In this document: positions 39,604 through 50,733 of the stretch, one piece after another
Layout: each line of letters opens with the position of its first letter
Position numbering within the stretch: the stretch's first letter is position 1
NCBI GenBank assembly: GCA_000320545.1
Contig: ADNK01002953.1
Location: forward strand, 44,284 to 108,283
Source: Bigelowiella natans CCMP2755
Lineage: Eukaryota; Protista; Cercozoa
Direction: 5' to 3'
DNA length: 64,000 nt
Made by a program: the position numbers and the translations under genes
The notes under the pieces: model-generated
Told to the model about the DNA's origin: nothing
What the model saw: only the letters and a program-made list of their open reading frames with translations
Databases searched by the model: none

Positions 39604-40344
39604 TTCGGACACAATTGACTCGAGTTTAGCAATGTCCCGTGAGAGGTTATGATCGTACACCATACAGAGAAAGCAGCTTAATGCAATTTGAAAGCTAAGA
39701 TGGCGTTTTACAAAGAGCCAACGATTATATTACCGTGCTCTGATTTCGGCATGAATTCTAAACTTCAGACTTAGCAAAAAGCATAGATGTGTGCGTCTTC
39801 AATGGATATAGGATATAAGTTGGCAGCAGATGCCGTGCAGAATTCTATAATACTTTCTAACCAATCTACCGCAACGCTACGATACGATAATGCAACTCAT
39901 GGCTTTGTACATGAAAAAAAAAACTATGTCTATCTAACGCCCTGCTTAGCGCCTTGCGAGTGAAATTTGCAACGTTCCACCATTTGCATGGTAAGTCGCA
40001 CTATGTAGCTAGAAAGTATGTTGTTGTACATTATGTAGCTGTGGCTCATGCATAAGGAATTGTAGCTAGACTTCAACAGCTGTATGACAGGCAAAGCTTC
40101 AAGCATAGCAAATATGTACATTAGGATGACCATTCAACGAACTTGATTTATATATTCATTGCATCCGTCTCACAAGTATTTTCGCATGCTACAACTAGCT
40201 GCTTTGCGGGCCCGTACATACGTGCATTTTAGGCCCTTCTATTTTTTATTAACACATGTACACATACAACAAATACATACAAGATTGCTGAATCCGTTTA
40301 TTACACTACAAGCGTCCCTTGCTTTGCAAGACTCCAGCATTTTT

Positions 40345-41088
40345 CTAATGCCACGTTATTCTAGATATTGCTGGCAGGTGCAGCCATGATGGCCAGTTTG
40401 GGATGTAGTTGTAGAAGAAATTTCTTACCCTGTTCTTCAATGAGTAGTCTATCGCATAAATTAGCAGCGCTACTAAGATTGCCTGTGCTAGTACCCTGAA
40501 GAAAGAATAAACTGAGGTCGACAACTTTTTCGATGTCGTAACTGTTCTTGTGATCATTCTCTCTGCCATGTCAAGCTGCTCGGGATCAAGATCTTGGAGC
40601 GTCGAGAAAGCAAGCTTTAGTAGAGGATTGCCAGCTGATGCTTCTTCAAGGCTGTTATAAAATTCCTCGCGAATCGCATCGCAAGTCGTGACATTATTCA
40701 ACCCTTCTGTTAGGCTATCAAGTTCGTCCTCAGAGAGGAAGGCCGACATGAGGGCACGATTGTTCAACAACCGCTTCAGTATCTTCCAGACCTCTTGACC
40801 ATTTTCCCCACGCGGTGTACGATGAGCGCTATTCTCTTGTCCCACAAGGTTGGTTCCTGCCCTGTTCTCGATCCTGCTCCATCTCTCGGTGCTCTCCATT
40901 CGGCGCTCCGATTTCGTCTGCGCGCCCATCGAACCCTCACTGCGATGAAGGTGAGGAGCTGCTGCTACAAGAGGAAAGTCGCTGGAGAATACGTAATCTG
41001 GGGGATTCTCTTCGTTTGTTAAGGAGGGCGTCTTTGAAGCATCTACATAGGAGACGACACAAAAACAATGTGAGTTACTGGAACTCAC
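40345..41088 (-). CDS. Hypothetical protein with a C-terminal transmembrane segment
   Basis: 247-aa open frame of normal composition ending in VLAQAILVALLIYAIDY. The 5' end probably contains an intron acceptor (ctatgtag). Confidence 0.55.
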   Translation of the reverse strand: MSSSNSHCFCVVSYVDASKTPSLTNEENPPDYVFSSDFPLVAAAPHLHRSEGSMGAQTKSERRMESTERWSRIENRAGTNLVGQENSAHRTPRGENGQEVWKILKRLLNNRALMSAFLSEDELDSLTEGLNNVTTCDAIREEFYNSLEEASAGNPLLKLAFSTLQDLDPEQLDMAERMITRTVTTSKKLSTSVYSFFRVLAQAILVALLIYAIDYSLKNRVRNFFYNYIPNWPSWLHLPAISRITWH

Positions 41089-41495
41089 TTTCGAAGCACT
41101 TCAATGAAGCACACAGATAGAACACTTATATAAATTTGTTTGATCGCAGCAACGCCCTCGTCGTTTCTCCTATCGATCGTTTTATGTCTCCTTTGCAGTA
41201 CGCCGGGCCTGGTACCATCCCCCCCCCCCCCCCCCTCCCGTTTGCTGCATTTCGGAAGCAATTCGTATTCGTTTCCGTATAGAATTATGGGATATTATAG
41301 GGTGAATACCTAAAAGTATTTTTCAGGAAAGTAGTAGTACCTCGAAAACTTTTGTTCCTCTTTCCGAATTCGACGTCCACTATCAGTTGAATTCAGGGCT
41401 AAAATCTGTCTGATTTCCTCCAGAGGGAATCAGCGAAATGCAGCTACATTTCATCCTAAAAACGGACATAAATTTCACAGTGCGACAAGCATAAA

Positions 41496-42425
41496 ATGTA
41501 TGTCGCAGTAGACAGGGAGGATGAAATCACTCGTAAGCCAAATCCGAATCCAAATCAACTCGACGTGAAGATGGAAACCAAGGGGGGACAGGTCGCCGCC
41601 ACCAACTCAAGGAGCAGTGGTTCTCCCTCTGCCTTTAACCACGAAGGCCGCTACTTCGAAGCGACCAAAAAAACGACCACAGTTCATAGCAAGATTAGTG
41701 TTGCCGACGGCATCCCTCCACCTCCCCCTCCACCGCCTCAGGTGCCTCGAAAGATATCGAACGCTGCTCTTCAGAGCTCAAGAACCTCCCCTTCATCATC
41801 TTCAACAGCATCCTCAACAACACCATCATCTAAACTTTCGAATAACAACAAACACAAATCATCACTCGCCGACGAGCTGGCCAAGAGGCACTCCAAGCTC
41901 AAGAAGGTACCACGAGGGGAGATCAAAATCACGCCCGCTTTCAGTCCCCCTGACGACAGGCCAATAGAGTCGTTCGGCGATGCCCTCTACATCGGCACTA
42001 TACACGCAGCAGGCAATAGCTCAGCACTGAGAGAGATCGGAATAACGCATATTCTCACGTTGTGTCCCGAGCGAACGCCAAAGAGGCTGAAAGGCGTTGA
42101 ATACGACACCGCCGTGTTCATGGACAAAAAGGATGCGCTCACACAAGATATGCTGGAGTCACTTGTCCGCAAGATCGATGCTACTTTGGAGGGGAAAGGC
42201 AATGAGATGACGACGCAACGTGGAGGCTCCTGCTGCCGCTGCAAGCTGCTCGTCCACTGTCTTCACGGTGTGTCGAGATCTGGAACTGCGTGCATTGCGT
42301 ACATTATGGCAAAAACCGGGATGAGCTTCCTTGAGGCGTGGAGAATGATGAAGAAGAAACGTTCCGTGGTCCACCCAAATGATGCTTTTAAGAAGGTTTT
42401 AATGACTTTCAAGCTGCGCTTGTGA
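41496..42425 (+). CDS. Dual-specificity protein phosphatase with N-terminal polyproline and WH2-like actin-binding motif, intronless
   Basis: Intact P-loop VHCLHGVSRSGT, with LYIG...GITHIL and RSVVHPN..F motifs. Upstream are PPPPPPPP and SSLADELAKRHSKLKKV. Confidence 0.92.
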   Translation: MYVAVDREDEITRKPNPNPNQLDVKMETKGGQVAATNSRSSGSPSAFNHEGRYFEATKKTTTVHSKISVADGIPPPPPPPPQVPRKISNAALQSSRTSPSSSSTASSTTPSSKLSNNNKHKSSLADELAKRHSKLKKVPRGEIKITPAFSPPDDRPIESFGDALYIGTIHAAGNSSALREIGITHILTLCPERTPKRLKGVEYDTAVFMDKKDALTQDMLESLVRKIDATLEGKGNEMTTQRGGSCCRCKLLVHCLHGVSRSGTACIAYIMAKTGMSFLEAWRMMKKKRSVVHPNDAFKKVLMTFKLRL

Positions 42426-42438
42426 CATGATGACAATG

Positions 42439-42664
42439 AAGAGGGCGAGGAAGCATGGAAGATGATGCGACAAGAACAACCTGCTCCCATTGCTCCGCAA
42501 GTGAAGATCTGCCCAAATGGACGTGCCGCAGAGAGAATCAATCAATCGCACACACTGCTACGAGGTGGCAATGGCTCAAGAAGGGAAAATTCACCAATGC
42601 GCTTTCATCAAATCAGTGCCCACTCTTGTTGAAAAAACGAACGGAGATCACCGCTCTCCCCTCC
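42439..42664. repeat. Orphan duplicate (same orientation) of 53262-53487, an intron-exon-intron piece of the zeta-toxin-like gene; TpA-depleted copy
   Basis: 226-bp ungapped alignment with 18 mismatches. It still reads IFTCGAMGAG on the minus strand. Confidence 0.95.
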
Positions 42665-43112
42665 AGGTGAGAGGCCTTCTGTACGAGACGACTAGCTACC
42701 ACAGCTTTCCGTACCCAGGTGAGAGTTCAATCAGCAGATTCCGCACGGCACCGAACACACGTTTGCATGCCTCAGGAGAGAGGCGTGGCTTTGATAGAAC
42801 CAATCGATACGTCGTACAAAACTCAAGTCAAGACTGGCGAGGGCAAGTACCACGCCGATGTCACCGATATGCAGCTACTGGCGTTATGGAGTGCTAGCAG
42901 CGCTAACGGACTCACATCAGAGCTTTGCGGTGCAAGGAATCCGCATTATGTCACGGACATCAAGAAGGTCGTCTGCGGTTCTGCATAGTATTGCGGGGAG
43001 GGGAGCGCAGAGATTTCATTGCCATTCACAATAGGAGACCTCAGGATCTTCGTGAATGGCTCCCAGCATTGTGTCTCGCATCAACGTCTTTAGTTAAAGA
43101 AATATTATATAA

Positions 43113-43148
<36 letters not shown>

Positions 43149-43324
43149 TTATTTACATTTCATATGAGGACACACATTCACACAGATACGATAGTATATA
43201 CTTATGCATTGCGAGATGCTTTGTGACAAACCATCTCTGGGGACATCGGTAATTTGTTAATTAGCTTCCAGTACGTCTCCCCCCTACCCCAGTCACCAGC
43301 ACCGATCTTTGATACAGACATATG

Positions 43325-43357
<33 letters not shown>

Positions 43358-43386
43358 TTTACACTTACACACAGACATGTGTTTAC

Positions 43387-43431
<45 letters not shown>

Positions 43432-43658
43432 ATATATATATGATTGAAGTATTTATAGTAATTCAAACACCGTACCGCGGGTTATGATAATTGCTATTTA
43501 AGCTCTCACTACGATGGATTTTGCTATAATTTCCTGGATATTTAATGATATTGATGACCCCTTCCGGAGGGATGGCATTTATTGGTCTATTTCCAACGAT
43601 GGACACGCCCTGATGATGATGATGATAATGATGATGATGATGATGATGATTGGTATAG

Positions 43659-45438
43659 ACAAAACAAAGAAAGTAGAAGCGCAAATAGCTGAAACTCAAA
43701 AGGAAATCCAGGCGAAGGAGGCAAAACTGGAGGAAACGATAAAGAAATTCGAGGAGGCAACCCAAGGTTATTAATTCTGTTAACATCTGAGGAACAATCG
43801 GTGTGCTGAGATATTTCTGCGTGTGTGTTCAGCCATGGAAATAGACGAAAGTGGGGGGGTGATTTTGACAGAAAACGCTGCCGGAGAAGACTATGCCGAA
43901 GCTCTTGTTGAAGCAGAAAAGAGAGAGGCTGGCGATGCGAAAATCTCCAAATTCCTGCCCATGATGCTACTGACAGTGTGCACGGTATTCATCCCTGGTT
44001 TCACCGAAATTGCGAAGGAAGAAGCAAAGCGCATGAAGGACAAGAAGATTGAAGGCATTCTTATATTTGGTAGAAGGTGTTTTCTTCAAGTTTTGAAGGA
44101 GTTTCGTCGACTCCGCAAGGAATACATCAACGGTGCAATCTTGAGATTTTGTATACTCGCGGGACAGAGTGGAATTGGCAAAAGCCTGGCATTTTCCCAG
44201 ATTTACATGCGAGAAGCCTTTATCCAAGGGGAGAAGGTGGCGTTTTACTCCGTTCGAGAGGATACAATTTACCTGTTTCGGATGGAAGGTGGGAAGTACA
44301 CCTGCCAGCAAGCGAATGTCAGAAGCAGTGATTTTTGGGAGTCAAGGGCGTGGAAAATGTTTGATGACAGATCAGCACATTTGATTATAGACCCGGCTCC
44401 AAGCCAAGGTCACAAGTACTTCCAAGTGCATTTAGTGGAGGCCTTCGTGGTGTACTTGACCTCTAAGAACAGCGAACTGAGCAGTTTCGAAAATGTGATC
44501 AGAGGTGTTAGAAGGAAGAGACTCTTTGTTCCGACATTGGCCATTGAGGAGTCCAAGGTAATAGCGACCGAGCTAAAAGAGAAAGAGAGTGTGTTTTTAG
44601 AGAGATTTCAGAGAACTGGTGGACAGCTGCGGGATTTCATTAGTGAAGAAAGATACAAACTTTTCGAAGGTGACCAGGATGAAGCTTGGGCAGGAACAAA
44701 AAAGATGGAACACATACACTTCGGAGATTTGAAAGTTTCAAGCAGAATATTTTCGGTCCAACCTTCCACTACTGATGAAACACTTTACAGTGAGAAATAC
44801 GTCATAGTTCCACAAAGCGAATGGATTAAAAGCAAGATATTCCAACTGTATGCAGAGAAGAATCTCAAAAGTTTCACCGGATTAGATGGCGAGAAATGGC
44901 TCTTTGCTAAAATTTACAAGGGTTGCAAGCTTCTCGCTAGACGTCTCCCTAAGAAGCTAGCAGACGCTGAAAAAAAAAAGAGAATGGTGATTGGGAAGAC
45001 AAGATTCATGAGTTCCCTGCTCACTCAACTTTGAAAACTTTCTCGAACGGCGTGAAAGGCCAGATAGACAAATGCCGAGCACACATCAAGAAGATAGCTG
45101 AGGATCAAAAGGCGGAACTTGTAGTGTGCCCGACAAACTATCCGGCCATCGATGGAGCAACAAACTGCCGAACACTGTATCAAGTTACGATTAGCAGCAA
45201 GAAGTCCGTCGGCAAAGCATACGTTGATGAACTGATTTCATTCGGTGCATCAAAAGCGGAGAAAGCTCGAGTGTTTTTCCTTGTCCCCGAAAAAATAGTA
45301 GAATCCTTCAGCATTTCGTTTGCGAAAGACTCTAAAGATGATGCTCTCAAGCTAGCAGAGTTCTGGGTTGTTGGCATCAATTTGATTGAAATGATTGAGG
45401 ACGCACAGAAGAAGAAAAGCAAGATCACGGCTAGCTAG
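43659..45438 (+). CDS. Crinkler/RHS-like protein (coiled-coil header, P-loop NTPase, PD-(D/E)xK-type REase), interrupted by a -1 frameshift at an A10 run
   Basis: The coiled-coil exon 43659-43766 splices to 43833. Walker A is CILAGQSGIGKS and Walker B-like is HLIIDP. The second frame (45031-45438, open from 44971) has CPTNYPAIDG..LYQVTISSKKSV, typical of CR-REase domains. One extra A in 44970-44979 would fuse the two frames. Confidence 0.8.
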
Positions 45439-45762
45439 CAGCTTGACATTCTGCGGTGGATGTAGGCGCGATGCTCTGCTGTGGATTTTGCCATGTCATT
45501 TTCAACAAAGATTGTTTTCACAAAACACATGGGATGTGCCTGTGATTTTGCCATGTCACTCTAGCAATTCAGTTCAGCAGTAGGCCGTCAGTAGGCAAAT
45601 TTTCATGTTGCGCATTTGTTCGCAGTTTTTGCCACTGATTGTTGATGGGGCAATGAAATGTGGGGCATGGCACATGGTTCTGCTGCGCATCTGTCTGGCA
45701 TTTGTGTCTGGCATTCATTTCTCACACATGGCTAGCGCAGACAGCACAGAAAGAAAGCGAGG
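45439..45762. other. Second TpA-poor tract, directly after the Crinkler-like stop codon
   Basis: 5 TA in 324 bp (45463, 45562, 45581, 45592, 45733), all followed by G. Confidence 0.65.
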
Positions 45763-45975
45763 TATCTGTGGAGGCTCCACATGAAAATGAGACTGCTGCA
45801 TGCATGAAACGGATGTAATGAACATGTTAATTTTTGTCAATTGTCATCCCTACGTAGCTATGCAAAGTTGCGGCTACTCTGCATGTGCGGAGCTCATGTT
45901 GTGCGTCATATGCAGTGCAAGTATGCCTGTCCGGTGCTGTTCATATCTCCACATCTCCTAGGCAAACTTGATGAA

Positions 45976-47164
45976 CTAATTCGTCGAGATAATGGGAAAG
46001 AATCGATTCATTTTAGCCTAAATGTACACATGAGAAGAACAGTTGTTCGGAGTGTGAGTCACATTAATCCAGAGGTTCGATGATGCTGATGATGATGATG
46101 GCCAATGGGATGACGACAATGATGACGACAATGATGATTAAATAAAGAGATGAAACATTTATCATATTATCTCTCCTCCACCCCACCCCCCCCCTTCCTG
46201 TTCCCATTTGAATACCGTCTCGCGAGTTGGTTTTTCATTGATGCCGTGGAAAATGTAAGCGAAAGCTCCGAATGGATTACGATGGCCCCCAATCCGCTCG
46301 CCTGAAGATGAAAATGCAGGCGTTGTTGTCAATTAGCAGCGTGGTTTGAGAAGTCGCTCCCATCATTGGGCAGCAGCAGGAAAATTAATGGACCTCCCCC
46401 CTCGACGACATATAGCTCATCAGCCAAAAACGATACTGCGTCGGCTTAGTAGGGTGGCATGTTCATGACCACCTACTATACACTCTTCCTTCAGGCCATA
46501 AATTGTCCCTCCGGACTTGTTTGTAAGAAGGCTAGTACATAACTACTGTTACTGCTGCTACATATCCTCCTCCTCCTCCTCCTCCCCCTCCCCAGCTCTT
46601 ACGGGGTTTAATCCAGCAGAAATACTTGCAGCCCTGCCTTTTCATATCAGGCCTTTGAGTTGGCTTCCTGTGGTGTGTAGGTTTGCAGTAGCGAGTATGG
46701 CCATACCCAGTGGTAGCAACACAGCAAGATATCAGCAGCAGTGCAGTGGTGAAGCAATGAAGGAAGTAGTGGTATGATTGATAACGACGACAGCGACGAC
46801 GATGATGATGATGATGATTGCTTTAGGTAGGATGGGGGAAAAACGCGAGAGTGCGGATACTCTTTGCTTTCGCGTACTAAAAGCAAAAACAGCTCATGTC
46901 CAGCTGCTGATGTTTCTGCTGTGCTCACATCACGTATATTTATCATCCTTCGGAGGTGAAGGAGAGGCAAGGGCTTCGATATGTATCATCATAGTCGTTG
47001 TAATTGTTATAGTCGTCATCGTTGTCTCTGCTTTTGGTTTTTGATGACCATCGATCCTTGCGGCTCCGAATTTCTTCCTCGGGGAGTACATACGGTTGTG
47101 AAACTGGATGCGGCTTTTGATTTTCTGCACACACGCACACGCACACGCACTGTGTGTTTGTGTT

Positions 47165-47203
<39 letters not shown>

Positions 47204-47265
47204 GCGTGTAGAGGCTGGCAACATGCATATATCTCCTCTCTGCTTATCTATGCTGCATTACCACA

Positions 47266-47297
<32 letters not shown>

Positions 47298-47554
47298 AAT
47301 GATGTTGTCAAGAACGATGCGTGGATTAGGGGTTGATTGTCTTCTGGCAAAATCGATACGAAGAAATACTATCGTGCAGCAGTCATACAACTACTCAAAT
47401 ATGCATATTATTCAAATATGATGACGTGACGGCTCACCTGGTTATGGAAGAGATCGGAAGCATCAGTTGAGCTCAATGCGGATACAAGCATCGTCACGGC
47501 AATGACACGGCCCTAATTCCACACCACCAACCACACATGCACACGTGCGCACGC

Positions 47555-47596
<42 letters not shown>

Positions 47597-48987
47597 TTGT
47601 GTCTACTCTGCATGTATAGAGTAAATAAATTCACCGCTACATTTCCCCCTCCTCCTCCTTTATTCATCGGCGGCATGGAGACAAAATGCGGGAGGAAGTA
47701 GGAGATGGAGACATGGCAGTGTCGAGCAAGGAAAAGCAACGACGACGAGCAGCATCAGTTACAACGACAACGACCACCGCGAGGAGCAGCACCTTCCGGT
47801 CATAGTAGACAAATCCGCCGTTTTGGTATATGTGTGCGACCGCGACCGAGCTGACTCCTGCCAACACAACATGACAATTATTGGAAAAGGGAAGGGTATA
47901 GTTGTTTGTGCGAGCATATCCCCCCCTCCCCCCCCTCCCTTTTTTTCCTCCTCCTCCTCCGCGCGGAGGATACAAAACACTTCTCATTCGCACTCTATCC
48001 TGAAACGTCTCATCTTCTCTACGGCGTATTATGATGACCCTGCTGCACACTGTCCTCCATGCTTCGGAATCTGATGGGGTGTATATATATATACATATAT
48101 CATCATCATCATGCCGAAGAGAGAAAAGGAGGTGAGCGTATTAGTTCAAGAATTGCCTCTCGAGTCTATCTCCACCGTAAACCACTCCCTTCCCCCCCCC
48201 CAACAAACAGAGAGCGTGTTCGCTCTGCCTGCCTGATAGCGCTGCTGACGATGATGGTGATGATAATGATGATGTTGTCCACACCTCTCCTTGAGGACAG
48301 TTGAAGGATAAATGAAGGCGAACGACGAGGCCTGATAGTAGCAATCATATATGATGATGATGCGAGATGATGGTACATGGAATGAACGATAGATATATCT
48401 ATATATTCTCCCCCCCCCCTCCCCCTTTTTTCATTCTCTCTCTCTCTCTCCCTCTCTCTCTCTCTCTCCCTCCCCCTCCCCCTCCCCCTTCTTTGTTTGT
48501 ACTTCCGCTGGTATCAAGGCCACTCGTCGCGAGGATACTGAGAAAATAGTGATAATGAAGGATCAACGAGTACTACTATTACTACTACTACTGCTGCTAC
48601 TGCTGCTACTACTACTACACCTATTATGGACAACGACGACCCTATGCTTAGCACATCATACAGTAGTAGTATTTGTACCATTGAAAGTCACAGGCGATTC
48701 CGGTGATAGCTGCAGGCGCAGATGACCTAGCCTCTTTTGCAAAACCTGGGAGGAGATGAATGGGGAGGGGAAGATCAGTTGCGGCGGGTAGGACAACACG
48801 GTGGAGAATGCGGTTAACGAGCAGCATCAGGTAACGTAATACAGCTAAATAAGAGTCTGGAAGGGTTGGAAAATGGGGGGGGGGGGAAGCACAAAAGCAA
48901 CAACGATATCAACAATAACAATGCACAAAAGAAGCATAACGACAGTGACGGTAAACGTAACGATAACTACAACGATGCCAACAGCGA

Positions 48988-49023
<36 letters not shown>

Positions 49024-49083
49024 GTCATCGTCATCATCGTTATTATCTCACGGGGTCCGTTGCGGCGACTGTGATCTGATGGA

Positions 49084-49123
<40 letters not shown>

Positions 49124-49659
49124 TATACACGCCACATTATTCACGTCGCATAGGTCTGGTCGGCGGATATCCACATGCATAAGGAGAGAGAGAAGGGGGA
49201 AGGGGGGGGGAGAGAGAGAGAACCACTCCCCCCTCTCTTGCAGCTAATAACTCTTTCTGCTGGCGTTCTTTTCAGCTGGGTTCTACCTCGATTTCGCGCT
49301 TATCTTTGTCCACAATCCTCCACATACAGTTGTTGACCTGTTAGGTGGGTTAAGTGAATGGTGTGCGAGAAAGACAAAGATCGTGAGTGAGCTCCACCCG
49401 CAGTTTCGATATGCTAAATGTGAAAGAGTGGGGGGGGAGGGGGGGGGGCGCGGCTGCAGTCATTTGTGTTGCTACCTCCGTGGGGAGAACTGACATTGGG
49501 CTCAAATAGTTAGGGAACTGAGGAAGAGGAAGAAGAAGAAGAAGAAGAAGAAGAAGAAGAACAGTTGTTGTCATTACTATCATTATTATCTGTGTCAGCA
49601 GCGAGGCGAAGGCATGCATGTCACACACTAAGCAAGCTTACACACACGGAGTGAGTATA

Positions 49660-49695
<36 letters not shown>

Positions 49696-50368
49696 CCATG
49701 TATAATAAATTAATATAACACACTCACTAACACACACACACACACACGCGCGCGCGCACGCGCGCACACACATCACATACATATTCATTTTCAAGATGAT
49801 AAATTGTTCCATGGCTGAAAAGATTTTCTACTCAATTGTTCGCCCTCCTCCTCCTCCTCTCCTCCCCCTCCCCCTCCCCTTCCTCTTCCTGCTACTGCTC
49901 ACTCACTCACCATGTTGATAGCGCTGGTATTGGCGGCATATTGCTGCACCCGCCCCCAGTTGCCAGACCGATCCACCACCTAAACCAACCCCGCCGCAGA
50001 GGAAGGGGAAGGGGGGGGGGGGGAGGGCAACAACGCAAAGCATGAGAGAAAAGGAGCAGCAGAAGAGAGGCAGCTTAAAAGAAGCCTCACATGAAACAGC
50101 AAATGTCAACCGGGCAAGCAGAATAACACATCAAATACTGCTATCACTACTACTGAAGATACGGTACATACTATCTGACGTCGCTGCTAGTGATACGCCC
50201 CCCCCCTCCCCCCACCCCTCCCCCCACCCCTTTCCCTCTTCCACCTACCTCAAATGAGCGCAGGGTCGGGGTCGTCGAGTTGTCAATCCGTGCGATGAAA
50301 TCAACCTTGTGCGTCCGCCAGCAAAGATCACGCAATCAGGAGGGACGGCATATGTAGATGTTGTTGTT

Positions 50369-50408
<40 letters not shown>

Positions 50409-50698
50409 CGGCAGCAGAGGAAGGAAAAGAAGGAAAAGAAGGAAAAGAAGGGAAAGAAGGAAAAGGAGGAGGAGGAGGAGGAGGAGGAGGAGGAGGAGGC
50501 TGAAGATGCAAAAGATTCACACACATCTTATTATTATCACACATACGGTGTAGCCGCTGCTTTGACTTCTCGCTGCTACACACATACACACATACACACA
50601 CACATACATACACACATACATACACACATACATACACATACACACCTACCTTGGAAGTGAGTTTGTTAAGGCTCTTTTCAGGTGCCTGATGATTCAGC

Positions 50699-50733
<35 letters not shown>

